Below are positions 41,572-49,995 of a stretch of DNA of 64,000 nt, piece after piece. How positions within the stretch are numbered: the stretch's first letter is position 1; every line of letters starts with the position of its first letter. Under the pieces are notes generated by a model. It had not been told where the DNA came from, did no database searches, and saw only the letters and a list, made by a program, of their open reading frames with translations. This DNA comes from Humidesulfovibrio sp. (GTDB lineage: Bacteria > Desulfobacterota > Desulfovibrionia > Desulfovibrionales > Desulfovibrionaceae), in the NCBI RefSeq assembly GCF_030689645.1, contig NZ_JAUYFU010000024.1, positions 56,807 through 120,806 of the forward strand, read 5' to 3'. A program made the translations under genes and the position numbers.

Positions 41572-43794
41572 CTAATCCCTTCGACCACTGGGGCCGCTGC
41601 TCCGCAATTTCGTCCGCATCGCCAGCAGGCCCGCCGCGCCACAGAGCAGAGCCGCCGTGAACAGGGTCCAGAACAGGCTTTCGGGGTCGCCGTTGGCTGC
41701 TGCGGCCAGGAGCACCACTGGGGCTAGCGCTCCGCGCACAGCGGCTCGTGCCCACGGGCGTTCGCGTATGGCTTCGGCCACGGGCGGACTCAGGCTGTAG
41801 TACGTCTCCACAAAACCGCGCCCCAGGCTGGACTGCAGAAGCACAGTGTCGCGGAAGCGGCGCAGGGTGGCCACATGCTCGTCCCATGGTTCGCCGTAGG
41901 CCGCGGTTGCGATGAAACAGTCGGCAGGGCTGCCATGGTAGGCCATGCTTTGGGCCAGGCTGCCCTGGCGGATGAGGTAGCCTTTCCAGATCCCGCCGAA
42001 GCTTGAGTCGCGCGCGGAGATGGGGATGGTGTCCAGGTCGCCGGAAAGGTCGCAGGTGAAGTCGTAATAGCCGGTGCCGAAGAGCCCCATGCTGAAGGAC
42101 CAGCGGAAGGTCAGGGTCTTTCCGGTGATCTTGATGTCGGTCACCGTGGCCTGGTTGGCCCCGCCGCCGCTTCCAGCCAGGGTCTCGCCGTTCAGTACAA
42201 AGGTGATGGTGTTGACGAAACCGGTGATGGCCTTGTCCTGCTGTGTCCAGTAAAAGGTGCCTACCAGCCTGCCCTTCAGATCAACCTTGCGCGCCAGTTC
42301 GCGCGCGTACTCGCTCTGCTCGCGCTCCGGGACCAGGGTGCGGTAATCGTCCAAGGCCTTCTTTGCCTGGTCCAGCTCGTTCGTCTTGGCGGCTGCCGTG
42401 GCCATGGCCAGTTGCACCAGGGCCTTGTCCGCGCCTTCCTCCAAGGCCCGGTTGAGCTGGTAGGAACTGTCCGTCTGCCGCCCTTCGATGCCGAGCATCA
42501 AGCCCCGCGCGACGCGTGTTCCCGGCGTGGTGAGACCGGACTCCTCCACACGCCGCACGTGATACTTGGCGTCGGCCTCGCGCCGGGTGAGCAGGTAGGA
42601 GATGGCAAGACCTGCGCGGGCGTCGGCGTCATCGGGGTGCGCCTGCACGGCGTTCTCAAAATATTTCTGGGCCTCGCTGACGCCATCGCGGGCCAGGAGC
42701 GGGAAGTAGGCCGCGTTGGCGGCCCGGGTCGCCTTGGACTGCTGCGCTGTCGGGCTGGTCGGTGCCGGTGGGGGCGGCTGCTTGGGTCGGGCGGCCATGG
42801 CCAACTGCTTGGCCTGGGTCAGCCTTTCGCGCTCGGCCTCCAGACGCTCCTTTTCGGCTTGCAGGGATTGGAGCTGCACCAGTTCCAGCTTTTCGCGCTT
42901 CAGGCGCTCTGCTTCCTCGGCCATGCGCTTCTTCTCAGCCTTGATGTCCAGCGGCTGCGCCACCGGTGCTGGAGCCGGTGCTGATGCCTGCGGCTGGGCG
43001 GTGGCAGGGGCGGCTGGTGGCGGCGCCTGCGCTGCCTGACCCTCACCGGAGAGATAGAAATAGCCGGTAAGCGAGCTGGACTCCCAAGGCACCTGTTTTT
43101 TGCCAGTCTCGGCCACCACGCCCATGCGCACGCGCATGAACACGTCGGTGATGGGCAGACCCGGAGTGCGCATGGTTTGCAGCAGGTGCTTGGTGTAGAT
43201 GCCGTTTTCTCCCGTTCCGTCGCTGGCCACGGAGCCTGGCGCCGTGGCGTAGGCGATGAGCGAGCCCGTGGGTGCGCGCATCTCGGCCAAGCCGCGCTCC
43301 GCGCTGCGGAAGCCTCTGCTGAAGGGATTGTTGCGGCAGGCGTCGAGGATGACGATGTTGAGCGCGTTGCCCGCATCCTCCATCTTGCCCAGCACCCTTC
43401 CAGCGTCCACGCACTCGAAGCGCACGTCGCTCTCGGTCTGGATTTTGGCGTCCACGGGCACGAGGTAGTTGCTGCCCTGCACCTGCAGGCCGTGCCCGGC
43501 GAAGTAGAACAGGCCTACGCCGCCGCCACGCAGATCCATGCCGAACTGGCGGACGGCCTCCTCCATGTCCTTTTGGCCTGCGTCCACCTTGAGGGTCACG
43601 CTGAAGCCCAGGGATTTGAGCAGAGTCGCCATGTCGCGGGCGTCTTTGGCGGGGTTCTTGAGCGGGGCGCTTTTATACGCGCTGTTGCCGATGACCAGGG
43701 CGATTCGTTGTTCACCACCGGCTAGTGCGTGGCGCGAAAGACAGGACAGAGCCAGGATGCAAATCAGCAGTGCGCGGAACACGCGGCATCGCAT
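41572..43794 (-). CDS. Secreted caspase-family (peptidase C14, orthocaspase) multidomain protein
   Basis: 740 aa. Order of regions: signal peptide; caspase domain with His (YFAGHGLQ) and Cys (ILDACRNNPF) dyad; Pro/Ala linker; coiled coil; TPR-like region; beta-rich region; C-terminal CFIATAAYG...RRFRD...YY..SPP motif plus a hydrophobic helix. Confidence 0.88.
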   Translation of the reverse strand: MRCRVFRALLICILALSCLSRHALAGGEQRIALVIGNSAYKSAPLKNPAKDARDMATLLKSLGFSVTLKVDAGQKDMEEAVRQFGMDLRGGGVGLFYFAGHGLQVQGSNYLVPVDAKIQTESDVRFECVDAGRVLGKMEDAGNALNIVILDACRNNPFSRGFRSAERGLAEMRAPTGSLIAYATAPGSVASDGTGENGIYTKHLLQTMRTPGLPITDVFMRVRMGVVAETGKKQVPWESSSLTGYFYLSGEGQAAQAPPPAAPATAQPQASAPAPAPVAQPLDIKAEKKRMAEEAERLKREKLELVQLQSLQAEKERLEAERERLTQAKQLAMAARPKQPPPPAPTSPTAQQSKATRAANAAYFPLLARDGVSEAQKYFENAVQAHPDDADARAGLAISYLLTRREADAKYHVRRVEESGLTTPGTRVARGLMLGIEGRQTDSSYQLNRALEEGADKALVQLAMATAAAKTNELDQAKKALDDYRTLVPEREQSEYARELARKVDLKGRLVGTFYWTQQDKAITGFVNTITFVLNGETLAGSGGGANQATVTDIKITGKTLTFRWSFSMGLFGTGYYDFTCDLSGDLDTIPISARDSSFGGIWKGYLIRQGSLAQSMAYHGSPADCFIATAAYGEPWDEHVATLRRFRDTVLLQSSLGRGFVETYYSLSPPVAEAIRERPWARAAVRGALAPVVLLAAAANGDPESLFWTLFTAALLCGAAGLLAMRTKLRSSGPSGRRD

Positions 43795-43906
43795 GGCAGC
43801 CTCCTGTCTCGAAATACTTATTTTTGAATGTTAGCAAAGCTGCAAGCAAATGCAAGTGTGGATGAGGTCCTTTCGCTCTGTGCAGGGGTTGCGCTCCGTG
43901 CCTTGG

Positions 43907-44362
43907 CTACTGCACGACCCATACGGCGCAGTTGCGCGCGTTGTGAATCAGCTTTGTGGACACGCTGCCGAACAGGAACTCCTCGCCCTTGGTGAGGCCG
44001 CGGCGGCCCACAACCAAGGTGCCGTAGTCGCCCTCCTGTTGTATTTCGAGGATGGTTTGGGCGATGCTGGGCTCCGCGCTGCACAAAACCGTGCGCTCCA
44101 CCACGGCTTCCCCCGGCAGGCCTGCGGCCAGAAGTATGACGCGCGCGTCCTTGAGGAAGTCGAACACGCGGTCATGCTCCAGCCTGCACTGGCTCAGCCA
44201 GGCGTCCTCGCTGTCGAAGCGGTCGCGGCCAGGGGCGCGCTCGATGTAGAGCAGGGTCACGCGGACTCCAGAGGCCGTGCCGAGCAATTCCGCAGTGTAG
44301 TGCACCGCGCGCCGGGCATTGTCCGAAGCGTCCACCGCGATGAGGATGTTCTTGAAGTCCAT
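43907..44362 (-). CDS. Universal stress protein (UspA family)
   Basis: 151 aa from ATG 44362, which follows AGGAGG. MDFKNILIAVDASDNARRAV...LVVGRRGLTKGEEFLFGSVSTKLIHNA... Confidence 0.9.
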   Translation of the reverse strand: MDFKNILIAVDASDNARRAVHYTAELLGTASGVRVTLLYIERAPGRDRFDSEDAWLSQCRLEHDRVFDFLKDARVILLAAGLPGEAVVERTVLCSAEPSIAQTILEIQQEGDYGTLVVGRRGLTKGEEFLFGSVSTKLIHNARNCAVWVVQ

Positions 44363-44387
44363 GGGGCCTCCTTGGGTGTTGTTGGGC

Positions 44388-45368
44388 TCAGGCCCGACGC
44401 AGCAGGGGGATGCAGGGTTCAAGATCGGCCAGGAGTTCCGGCACGGTTTCGTAGTAGACCTCGGACGCGGAGGAATAGTGCATGAGCACCCGGTTCAGTT
44501 CCTCCGGCACATAGGGGAACAGCTTTTTCAGGTTTATGATGCGGTGGCGGAAGAATAGGGCGCAGTCGGCTTCGATGATGTTTGGCGCGTCGGGGTGGGC
44601 CAGGGCGCTGTCCTGTGTCGTGTGCACGCCCATGCCGGTGATGAAGGCCAGAATGTTGCCCAGTCCGAAGAGGTCCAGGCCGAAGGGGTTCTCGGTGGCG
44701 TCGTAACCGTAGTCGAAGTCGATCCAGCAATAGTCGCCGGTCTTGTGGTCCACATAGAGGTGGTCGCGGCGGATGTCTCCGTGGCTTTCCCCATTCTGGT
44801 GCAGAAAGTGGATGGCCCGGCAGGCTTCGATGTAGCGTTCCAGTATGCCGGGGTAGATCTCGTGGAAGTAGGTCCGGTGATCGACATGCAGATCCTCCAC
44901 GTTCAGGTCCAGCCTGCGTCCGGCCACGCGCTCCAGCACCCGCACCAGATTGCCGCGTTCGTCGCGGTGTGTTTGGCCCTGCATGAAGCGTTTGTCGCCC
45001 GCAACCAAGCGCAGGATGCGCGCTTCCTTGGCGGCGCTGCGGTGGCAGGTGATGGTCAGCGGTCCGATGTGCTGGTCGAAGGTCTCCTGAAACTCCAGCT
45101 TCAGAATACGATATTGGCCGCTCTCCATCTCCACGCAGCGTTTGACCCAGAACTTGGGATCCTCCATGCCGAAGCGCCGTTCGCGCTCGTCTCCTAGCAC
45201 AAGGTAGTGGCGGCCGCCCACAAAGATGACGTCTCCGTAGGTAATGCTCATGAACTCGGTCGTGTCGATGAACACGGTGCCGAAGCTTCGCACGCTTACC
45301 GGGGGATTGAAGCGCTCCATGAGGGCGCGCACTGATAAAGAAGCGGGCTTTGGAACTGGTTCGGGCAT
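44388..45368 (-). CDS. Atypical protein-kinase-fold protein (HxDxxxxH catalytic loop, Kdo/WaaP-like)
   Basis: 326 aa. HGDIRRDHLYVD is followed by WIDFDYGY. There is no obvious glycine-rich loop. AGGAGG lies upstream of the ATG. Confidence 0.6.
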   Translation of the reverse strand: MPEPVPKPASLSVRALMERFNPPVSVRSFGTVFIDTTEFMSITYGDVIFVGGRHYLVLGDERERRFGMEDPKFWVKRCVEMESGQYRILKLEFQETFDQHIGPLTITCHRSAAKEARILRLVAGDKRFMQGQTHRDERGNLVRVLERVAGRRLDLNVEDLHVDHRTYFHEIYPGILERYIEACRAIHFLHQNGESHGDIRRDHLYVDHKTGDYCWIDFDYGYDATENPFGLDLFGLGNILAFITGMGVHTTQDSALAHPDAPNIIEADCALFFRHRIINLKKLFPYVPEELNRVLMHYSSASEVYYETVPELLADLEPCIPLLRRA

Positions 45369-45522
45369 GATGCGCCTCCTGGTTCAGCCATAACACAGAT
45401 TAGGCATTTCGCCACGCATGGTCAAGCAATGGGGCTTTTCGAAGCCCTTTTCCAAAAGCGGCGGGCCGCTTCTCCACATAATGCTGGAGAAGCGGCCCGT
45501 ATTGTTTGTGGTTGCTGCTGCG

Positions 45523-47187
45523 CTATTTGCCGAAGGGACACTTGGGGAACACGCAGGTCTTGCAGCCCAGGCAGAAGCCGCCCTCGGCCATCTGCGCCAA
45601 ATCCGCGCGCTTTATCTCCACTCCGGCCAGCACGCGCGGCAGCAGGATGTCGAAGCTGGTGGCCTTGTGGAAGAGCGCGCAGGCTGGCACGCCCATGACC
45701 TGCGCGCTGCCGGCCGGGCAGGCCAAGCGGCCCAGCAGTGTCATGGCGCCGGGCAGGATGGGCGCGCCGTAAAGCATGTCGGTCAGGCCAGCGGCGAGGA
45801 GCCCCTTGCGGGTCACATCGTCCGGGTCCACGGAAAGCCCTGCCGTGGTGACGATGAGGTTTGCCCCTGCGGCGAGCATCTTGCCAACGCTCTGGGCGAT
45901 GCGTTCGGCGTCGTCAGGCACGATGTCCACGGACACCACCTGCGACCCCAGACGCTCCACCTTTTCGCGGATCACCGGCGCGAACTTGTCCTCGATGAGG
46001 CCCTGGAACACCTCGGTGCCTGTCACCAGCACGCCCACGCGCGCGGGTTTTATGGCCGCGATTGTGAACAGCGGGCCGCTCGCCAGAACGGCCTGCGTCT
46101 TGCGGAAGTTCTCGGTGGAGAGATAGAGCGGGATGGCCCGCGCCCCGGCGAACTCCTTGCCCGCTTCAACGAGCACGCCGTGATGGCGGCTGGCCGCCAT
46201 GACATCCGGCACCAGATTGAAGGCCTCCAGGCGCTCGCGGTCCAGCAGCAGCACGCCGGTTGCGGTGGCGCGGAAGTTGATCTTCCCCTCGCGCGGCGTC
46301 TCGTCGTGGGCCACGTTTTCGCCCGCCATGAGCCTGGCGAAGCCAAGCGCGGCCTCGTTCTCATGGAGGTAGCCGTCGGGCGCGTCCTGCTCCAGGTACA
46401 CATGGGCCCGGCCCATGTACTGCAAGCGGCACACGTCCCCGCCGGATATTGCGTGCCCTTTGCTGAATTCCACGCCCTTGCTTTCGCCAGGCACGATGCG
46501 CGTCATGTCATGCAGGGTCTTTTGCCCCACAGCCTCGGAAATAGGGACGGCGGTGAGCTGCGGGCCGGTGTCGACCTGGGGGCTAGCTTCCTCCCGGACC
46601 TGCCCGGGAACGCGGCAGCCCGCCTCGCCGTATGGGGCCTCGCCCTGGCAACCGCGACAGATTGCGCCGTCGCTGGGCGGATAGGCCTCCGTGCAGATGG
46701 GGCAGATGCCCACGCGGCCCATGCTCTTGTGTTTGCGGAAGCGCTCGTCCACCTGCACCGCGGTCATGGAGCAAAGGTTCTCGCCAGCTTCTTCAATTTG
46801 GCGGAACAACCGGTCAGTGTCCTGGTCGGCTTTTTTCTTGAGTTTGAGGAACCACCCGCGTATCTCATCATAGGGTTCCATCTTTTCCACGTCGAGCCAG
46901 ACCCGCACGCCGACGCCTGTGTATTTGTCGTACAGCGACACAGCGTAGCGTCCCAGGTTCAGGACTTTCACCCAGCCGTTGCCCACGGTGCAAGGGGTCA
47001 GGATCTGCACGGCGTCGGGTAGGCATTTGGCCGTTTCCACCACAGCGTCGAAGAGGGTTCCTGTGGGCAGCTGGCGGCGGGCCAGCTCCACCATATACCC
47101 GCCGATGAGCAGGCCAGGGGCGGGGTAGCCGTGAAAGGCCGCAGCCTTGGCCTTGAATTCCTCAAAGGTGTACGGGCCTATGTTCAT
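45523..47187 (-). CDS. FmdE-domain / zinc-ribbon / MoeA-MoCF-binding-domain fusion protein
   Basis: 554 aa. The N-terminus is FmdE-like (FHGYPAPGLLIGGYMV...). The ribbon is CPICTEAYPPSDGAICRGC. The C-terminal half resembles the MoeA/MogA molybdopterin-binding fold (VGVLVTGTEV...IVTTAGLSVDPDD). The Cys-rich tail is CLGCKTCVFPKC. Confidence 0.7.
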   Translation of the reverse strand: MNIGPYTFEEFKAKAAAFHGYPAPGLLIGGYMVELARRQLPTGTLFDAVVETAKCLPDAVQILTPCTVGNGWVKVLNLGRYAVSLYDKYTGVGVRVWLDVEKMEPYDEIRGWFLKLKKKADQDTDRLFRQIEEAGENLCSMTAVQVDERFRKHKSMGRVGICPICTEAYPPSDGAICRGCQGEAPYGEAGCRVPGQVREEASPQVDTGPQLTAVPISEAVGQKTLHDMTRIVPGESKGVEFSKGHAISGGDVCRLQYMGRAHVYLEQDAPDGYLHENEAALGFARLMAGENVAHDETPREGKINFRATATGVLLLDRERLEAFNLVPDVMAASRHHGVLVEAGKEFAGARAIPLYLSTENFRKTQAVLASGPLFTIAAIKPARVGVLVTGTEVFQGLIEDKFAPVIREKVERLGSQVVSVDIVPDDAERIAQSVGKMLAAGANLIVTTAGLSVDPDDVTRKGLLAAGLTDMLYGAPILPGAMTLLGRLACPAGSAQVMGVPACALFHKATSFDILLPRVLAGVEIKRADLAQMAEGGFCLGCKTCVFPKCPFGK

Positions 47188-47239
47188 GTTTTTCCCCGCT
47201 GGATTTAGATAGTTATGCTGGAATTAACATAAGAGTTTC

Positions 47240-47258
47240 ACCCCTATCGCGCAGGGGG
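47240..47258. promoter_or_regulatory. C4/G4 inverted repeat A (candidate CsoR-family operator)
   Basis: ACCCCT atcgcgc AGGGGG, about 50 nt upstream of the FmdE-fusion ATG at 47187. Confidence 0.35.
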
Positions 47259-47307
47259 ATTCGGGTCAACTTTTTTAACGAAAATTGCCGCTGGATGCTT
47301 GACGTAA

Positions 47308-47332
47308 ATACCCCATACCGGTATTGGGGTAT
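47308..47332. promoter_or_regulatory. C4/G4 inverted repeat B (candidate CsoR-family operator) overlapping a putative promoter
   Basis: ATACCCCA taccggtat TGGGGTAT with perfect 8-bp arms. A TTGACG -35-like box at 47299-47304 lies immediately upstream. The repeat is 75 nt upstream of the cytochrome c ATG. Confidence 0.5.
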
Positions 47333-47406
47333 CAACGCTAGTGAAAAGTGCGGCCGCCTGTGGTTTGGCCGCAAATAATGGGAACACAAACCCGGAGGAG
47401 ACGACA

Positions 47407-47724
47407 ATGAAGCGCAGCACCACTCTTTTCGCCGCCCTGATCCTGGCCCTGGCCGCCGTGAGCCTGGCTTTCGCCGCTGAGGGCAACGCCCGCAAGGGCA
47501 AGTACCTGTACCGCCAGAAGTGCCGCTCTTGCCACGGCGTGAGCGCATCCGACCTTTCCCCCAGCTCCAAGACCCAGGCCGAATGGAAGAAGGCCTTCGC
47601 CAAGCCCGAAGCAATCAAGTGCTACAAGGACTGGAAGGGCGTGACCCCGGAGGAGAAGAACGACATCTTCGCCTACCTGCACGACTTCGCCAAGGATTCC
47701 CCGTCTCCGGCCAAGTGCAACTAG
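47407..47724 (+). CDS. Periplasmic monoheme c-type cytochrome
   Basis: ATG 47407 follows GGAGGAG. It has a signal peptide ending ...LAFAAEG and a single CRSCH heme motif, 105 aa in total. Confidence 0.85.
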   Translation: MKRSTTLFAALILALAAVSLAFAAEGNARKGKYLYRQKCRSCHGVSASDLSPSSKTQAEWKKAFAKPEAIKCYKDWKGVTPEEKNDIFAYLHDFAKDSPSPAKCN

Positions 47725-47799
47725 ATCTGCGCAATCAATGACCACGCCCGGCGGGAGCGGCCAGACCAGCTCTTCCGCCGGGCGGCAAGGGGAACACCT

Positions 47800-49995
47800 A
47801 TGAGCAGCAATATTTCCCGCCGCGACTTCCTGCGCCTTGCCGGAATGGCCGCCACCGCCACGGCGGCCACAGCCGCCCAGGCGGCTTTGGCCCCGGAGGC
47901 CAGGGCGGCAGGGGCCGTCACGGCTCCGCAGTGGGAGTCGAAGTTCGGGGCCTGCGATATGTGCTTCAACCGCTGCGGGCTCATCGCCCGGGTTGAGCGC
48001 GGCGTCATCAAGAAGCTCGACCCCAACCCGAAGTTCACCAAGTCGCGCGGCATGCTCTGCGCGCGGGGAAACGCAGGCGTGGATCAGGTCTACGATCCCG
48101 AGCGGATAAAGACCCCCATGCTGCGGGTGGGCAACCGGGGCGAGGGCAAGTGGAAGGCCATAGGCTGGGACGAAGCTCTGGATCTCGCCGCTTCCAAGAT
48201 GAAGGACATCGCCGCCAAGTACACCCGCTGCGGCATGCTTTTCAGCGCCGGGGCCGACACTCAGAGCCAGTTCGTGCACCGCTTCGCCGAGGCTTTCGGC
48301 TCCTACAACATCACCAGTCATGAGTCCCTGTGCCTGCTTTCCGGCAACCGGGCCTTTGTGGATACCTTCGGCGATGTGCCCCTGCCCGACGTGCGAAGCT
48401 CAAAGTACGTCATCCTGGCCGGGGCCAACCGCATGGAGGCCCTGGTGACGCCGGACAGCATGGACCTCATGACCATCATGCGCGAAGGCGCGAAGGTTGT
48501 GGTGCTGGACCCGCGCTACACCAAGAGCGCCGCTCTGGCCTCGGAATGGCACGCCATCAAGCCCGGCACGGACATGGCCTTCATGCTCGCCCTGGCCCAT
48601 GTCATCATTACCGAGAAGCTGTACGACCCGAAGTTCGTGGCTGAGCGCACAAGCGGCCTGGACCAGCTCGCCGCCCACGTGGCGGAGATGACGCCCGCCT
48701 GGGCCGAGGCGGAAACCGGCATCCCGGCTGCGGACATCCTTCGCATGGCACGAGAGCTCGCTGCTGCCGCGCCTGCTGCCATGGTCTACCCAGGCCGCCG
48801 CAGCTCGGACTACGAGAACTCTACCCAGATCCGCCGCAGTTTCGCCATCGTCAACGCGCTCCTGGGCAACTGGGACCGACCGGGCGGACTGGTTCCGGCA
48901 CGCCCGGCGGGCCTCAAGAAGGTGCCCTTTGAGCCGCCGTTCTACGACGACAATCCTCCGGGCCGCGTGGACGCCAAGAGTGTTCCCCTGCTGTTCGACG
49001 ACGAGGGGTCTTTCGTCATTACCCGCGAGAATATCATCAAGGGCGCCCCCTATCCGCTGAAGGGCTGGTTTGTGTATAAGACCAACCCCATGGCCACGGC
49101 GCCGGATCGCAGGAAGACCCGCGAGATGATCGACAAGCTGGAGTTTATGGTGGTGGTGGATATCGCCATGAGCGACACGGCCTGGATGGCCGACCTGGTG
49201 CTGCCGGCGCCTAGCGCTTTGGAACGCCAGGACCCGGTGCAGGCGTTGCAGGCCGGAGCAGAAGGCGCATGCCTGGTCTGGCGCGATCCGGTTATTCCCG
49301 CGTTGCACCAGTCGCGGCCAGTCTTTGAGATTTTGAAGACTCTTTCGGTCAAGCTCGGCTTCCCCGAGGCCTTTGATTTTGACATTCCAAAGTACCGCGA
49401 GATGCAGCTGGCCGCCTTGCCAGAGGCTGCGGAGATCCTGAAGCGCGACGGCGTGTACTATCCACCTAATCCGCCCCTTGGCGGCACGGACGGCCAGCCC
49501 TTCAAGACACCCAGCACGAAGATCGAACTTTACAGCAACCGCTATGCGGACCTGGGTTTGGATCCCCTGCCCGTGTACGCTTCGCCCAAAGCTTCCCCGG
49601 ATGCTGGCCGGAAGTTCCGGCTTGTGGCGGGCCGCAGCGCCTGCGTCACCCAGGCCAGCAGCACCAACAACGCGCTCTTGTCCGAGTTTGAGCCGGAGAA
49701 CACCCTTTGGCTGAACGAGGAGAGCGCCAAGGAGCTTGGGGTGAAGCAGGGCGATGTGGTGCAGGTGGAAAGCCCGGCGGGCAAGGGTGAACTGAAGGCC
49801 CTGGTGACGCCGAAGATCCGCAAGGACACGGTGTATATGCTCTCCGGCTTCGGCACCATCTCCGGGAAGCTTTCGCACACCACGGGCGTGGGGGCCAGCA
49901 TCGTCGAACTCATGGAGAGCCGCTTCGACGCCATCTGCGGAAACTCAGCAATCCACGAGACCTTTGTCAGCGTGAAGAAGAAGGGGGCCGCATGA
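47800..49995 (+). CDS. Molybdopterin oxidoreductase catalytic subunit, thiosulfate/polysulfide reductase-like (PhsA/PsrA type)
   Basis: 731 aa. Tat signal is SRRDFLRLAGMAATATAATAAQAALA. The N-terminal FeS motif is CDMCFNRCG...C. Size and layout fit the PhsA/PsrA branch of the DMSO reductase family. Confidence 0.85.
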   Translation: MSSNISRRDFLRLAGMAATATAATAAQAALAPEARAAGAVTAPQWESKFGACDMCFNRCGLIARVERGVIKKLDPNPKFTKSRGMLCARGNAGVDQVYDPERIKTPMLRVGNRGEGKWKAIGWDEALDLAASKMKDIAAKYTRCGMLFSAGADTQSQFVHRFAEAFGSYNITSHESLCLLSGNRAFVDTFGDVPLPDVRSSKYVILAGANRMEALVTPDSMDLMTIMREGAKVVVLDPRYTKSAALASEWHAIKPGTDMAFMLALAHVIITEKLYDPKFVAERTSGLDQLAAHVAEMTPAWAEAETGIPAADILRMARELAAAAPAAMVYPGRRSSDYENSTQIRRSFAIVNALLGNWDRPGGLVPARPAGLKKVPFEPPFYDDNPPGRVDAKSVPLLFDDEGSFVITRENIIKGAPYPLKGWFVYKTNPMATAPDRRKTREMIDKLEFMVVVDIAMSDTAWMADLVLPAPSALERQDPVQALQAGAEGACLVWRDPVIPALHQSRPVFEILKTLSVKLGFPEAFDFDIPKYREMQLAALPEAAEILKRDGVYYPPNPPLGGTDGQPFKTPSTKIELYSNRYADLGLDPLPVYASPKASPDAGRKFRLVAGRSACVTQASSTNNALLSEFEPENTLWLNEESAKELGVKQGDVVQVESPAGKGELKALVTPKIRKDTVYMLSGFGTISGKLSHTTGVGASIVELMESRFDAICGNSAIHETFVSVKKKGAA

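Noticed and set aside
44419-45396. 325-aa alternate-frame ORF overlapping the kinase-like gene on the same strand
   Set aside because: Its translation is an Arg/Pro/Gly-rich frame-shadow. The 44388-45368 frame carries the kinase-like motifs and an AGGAGG Shine-Dalgarno.
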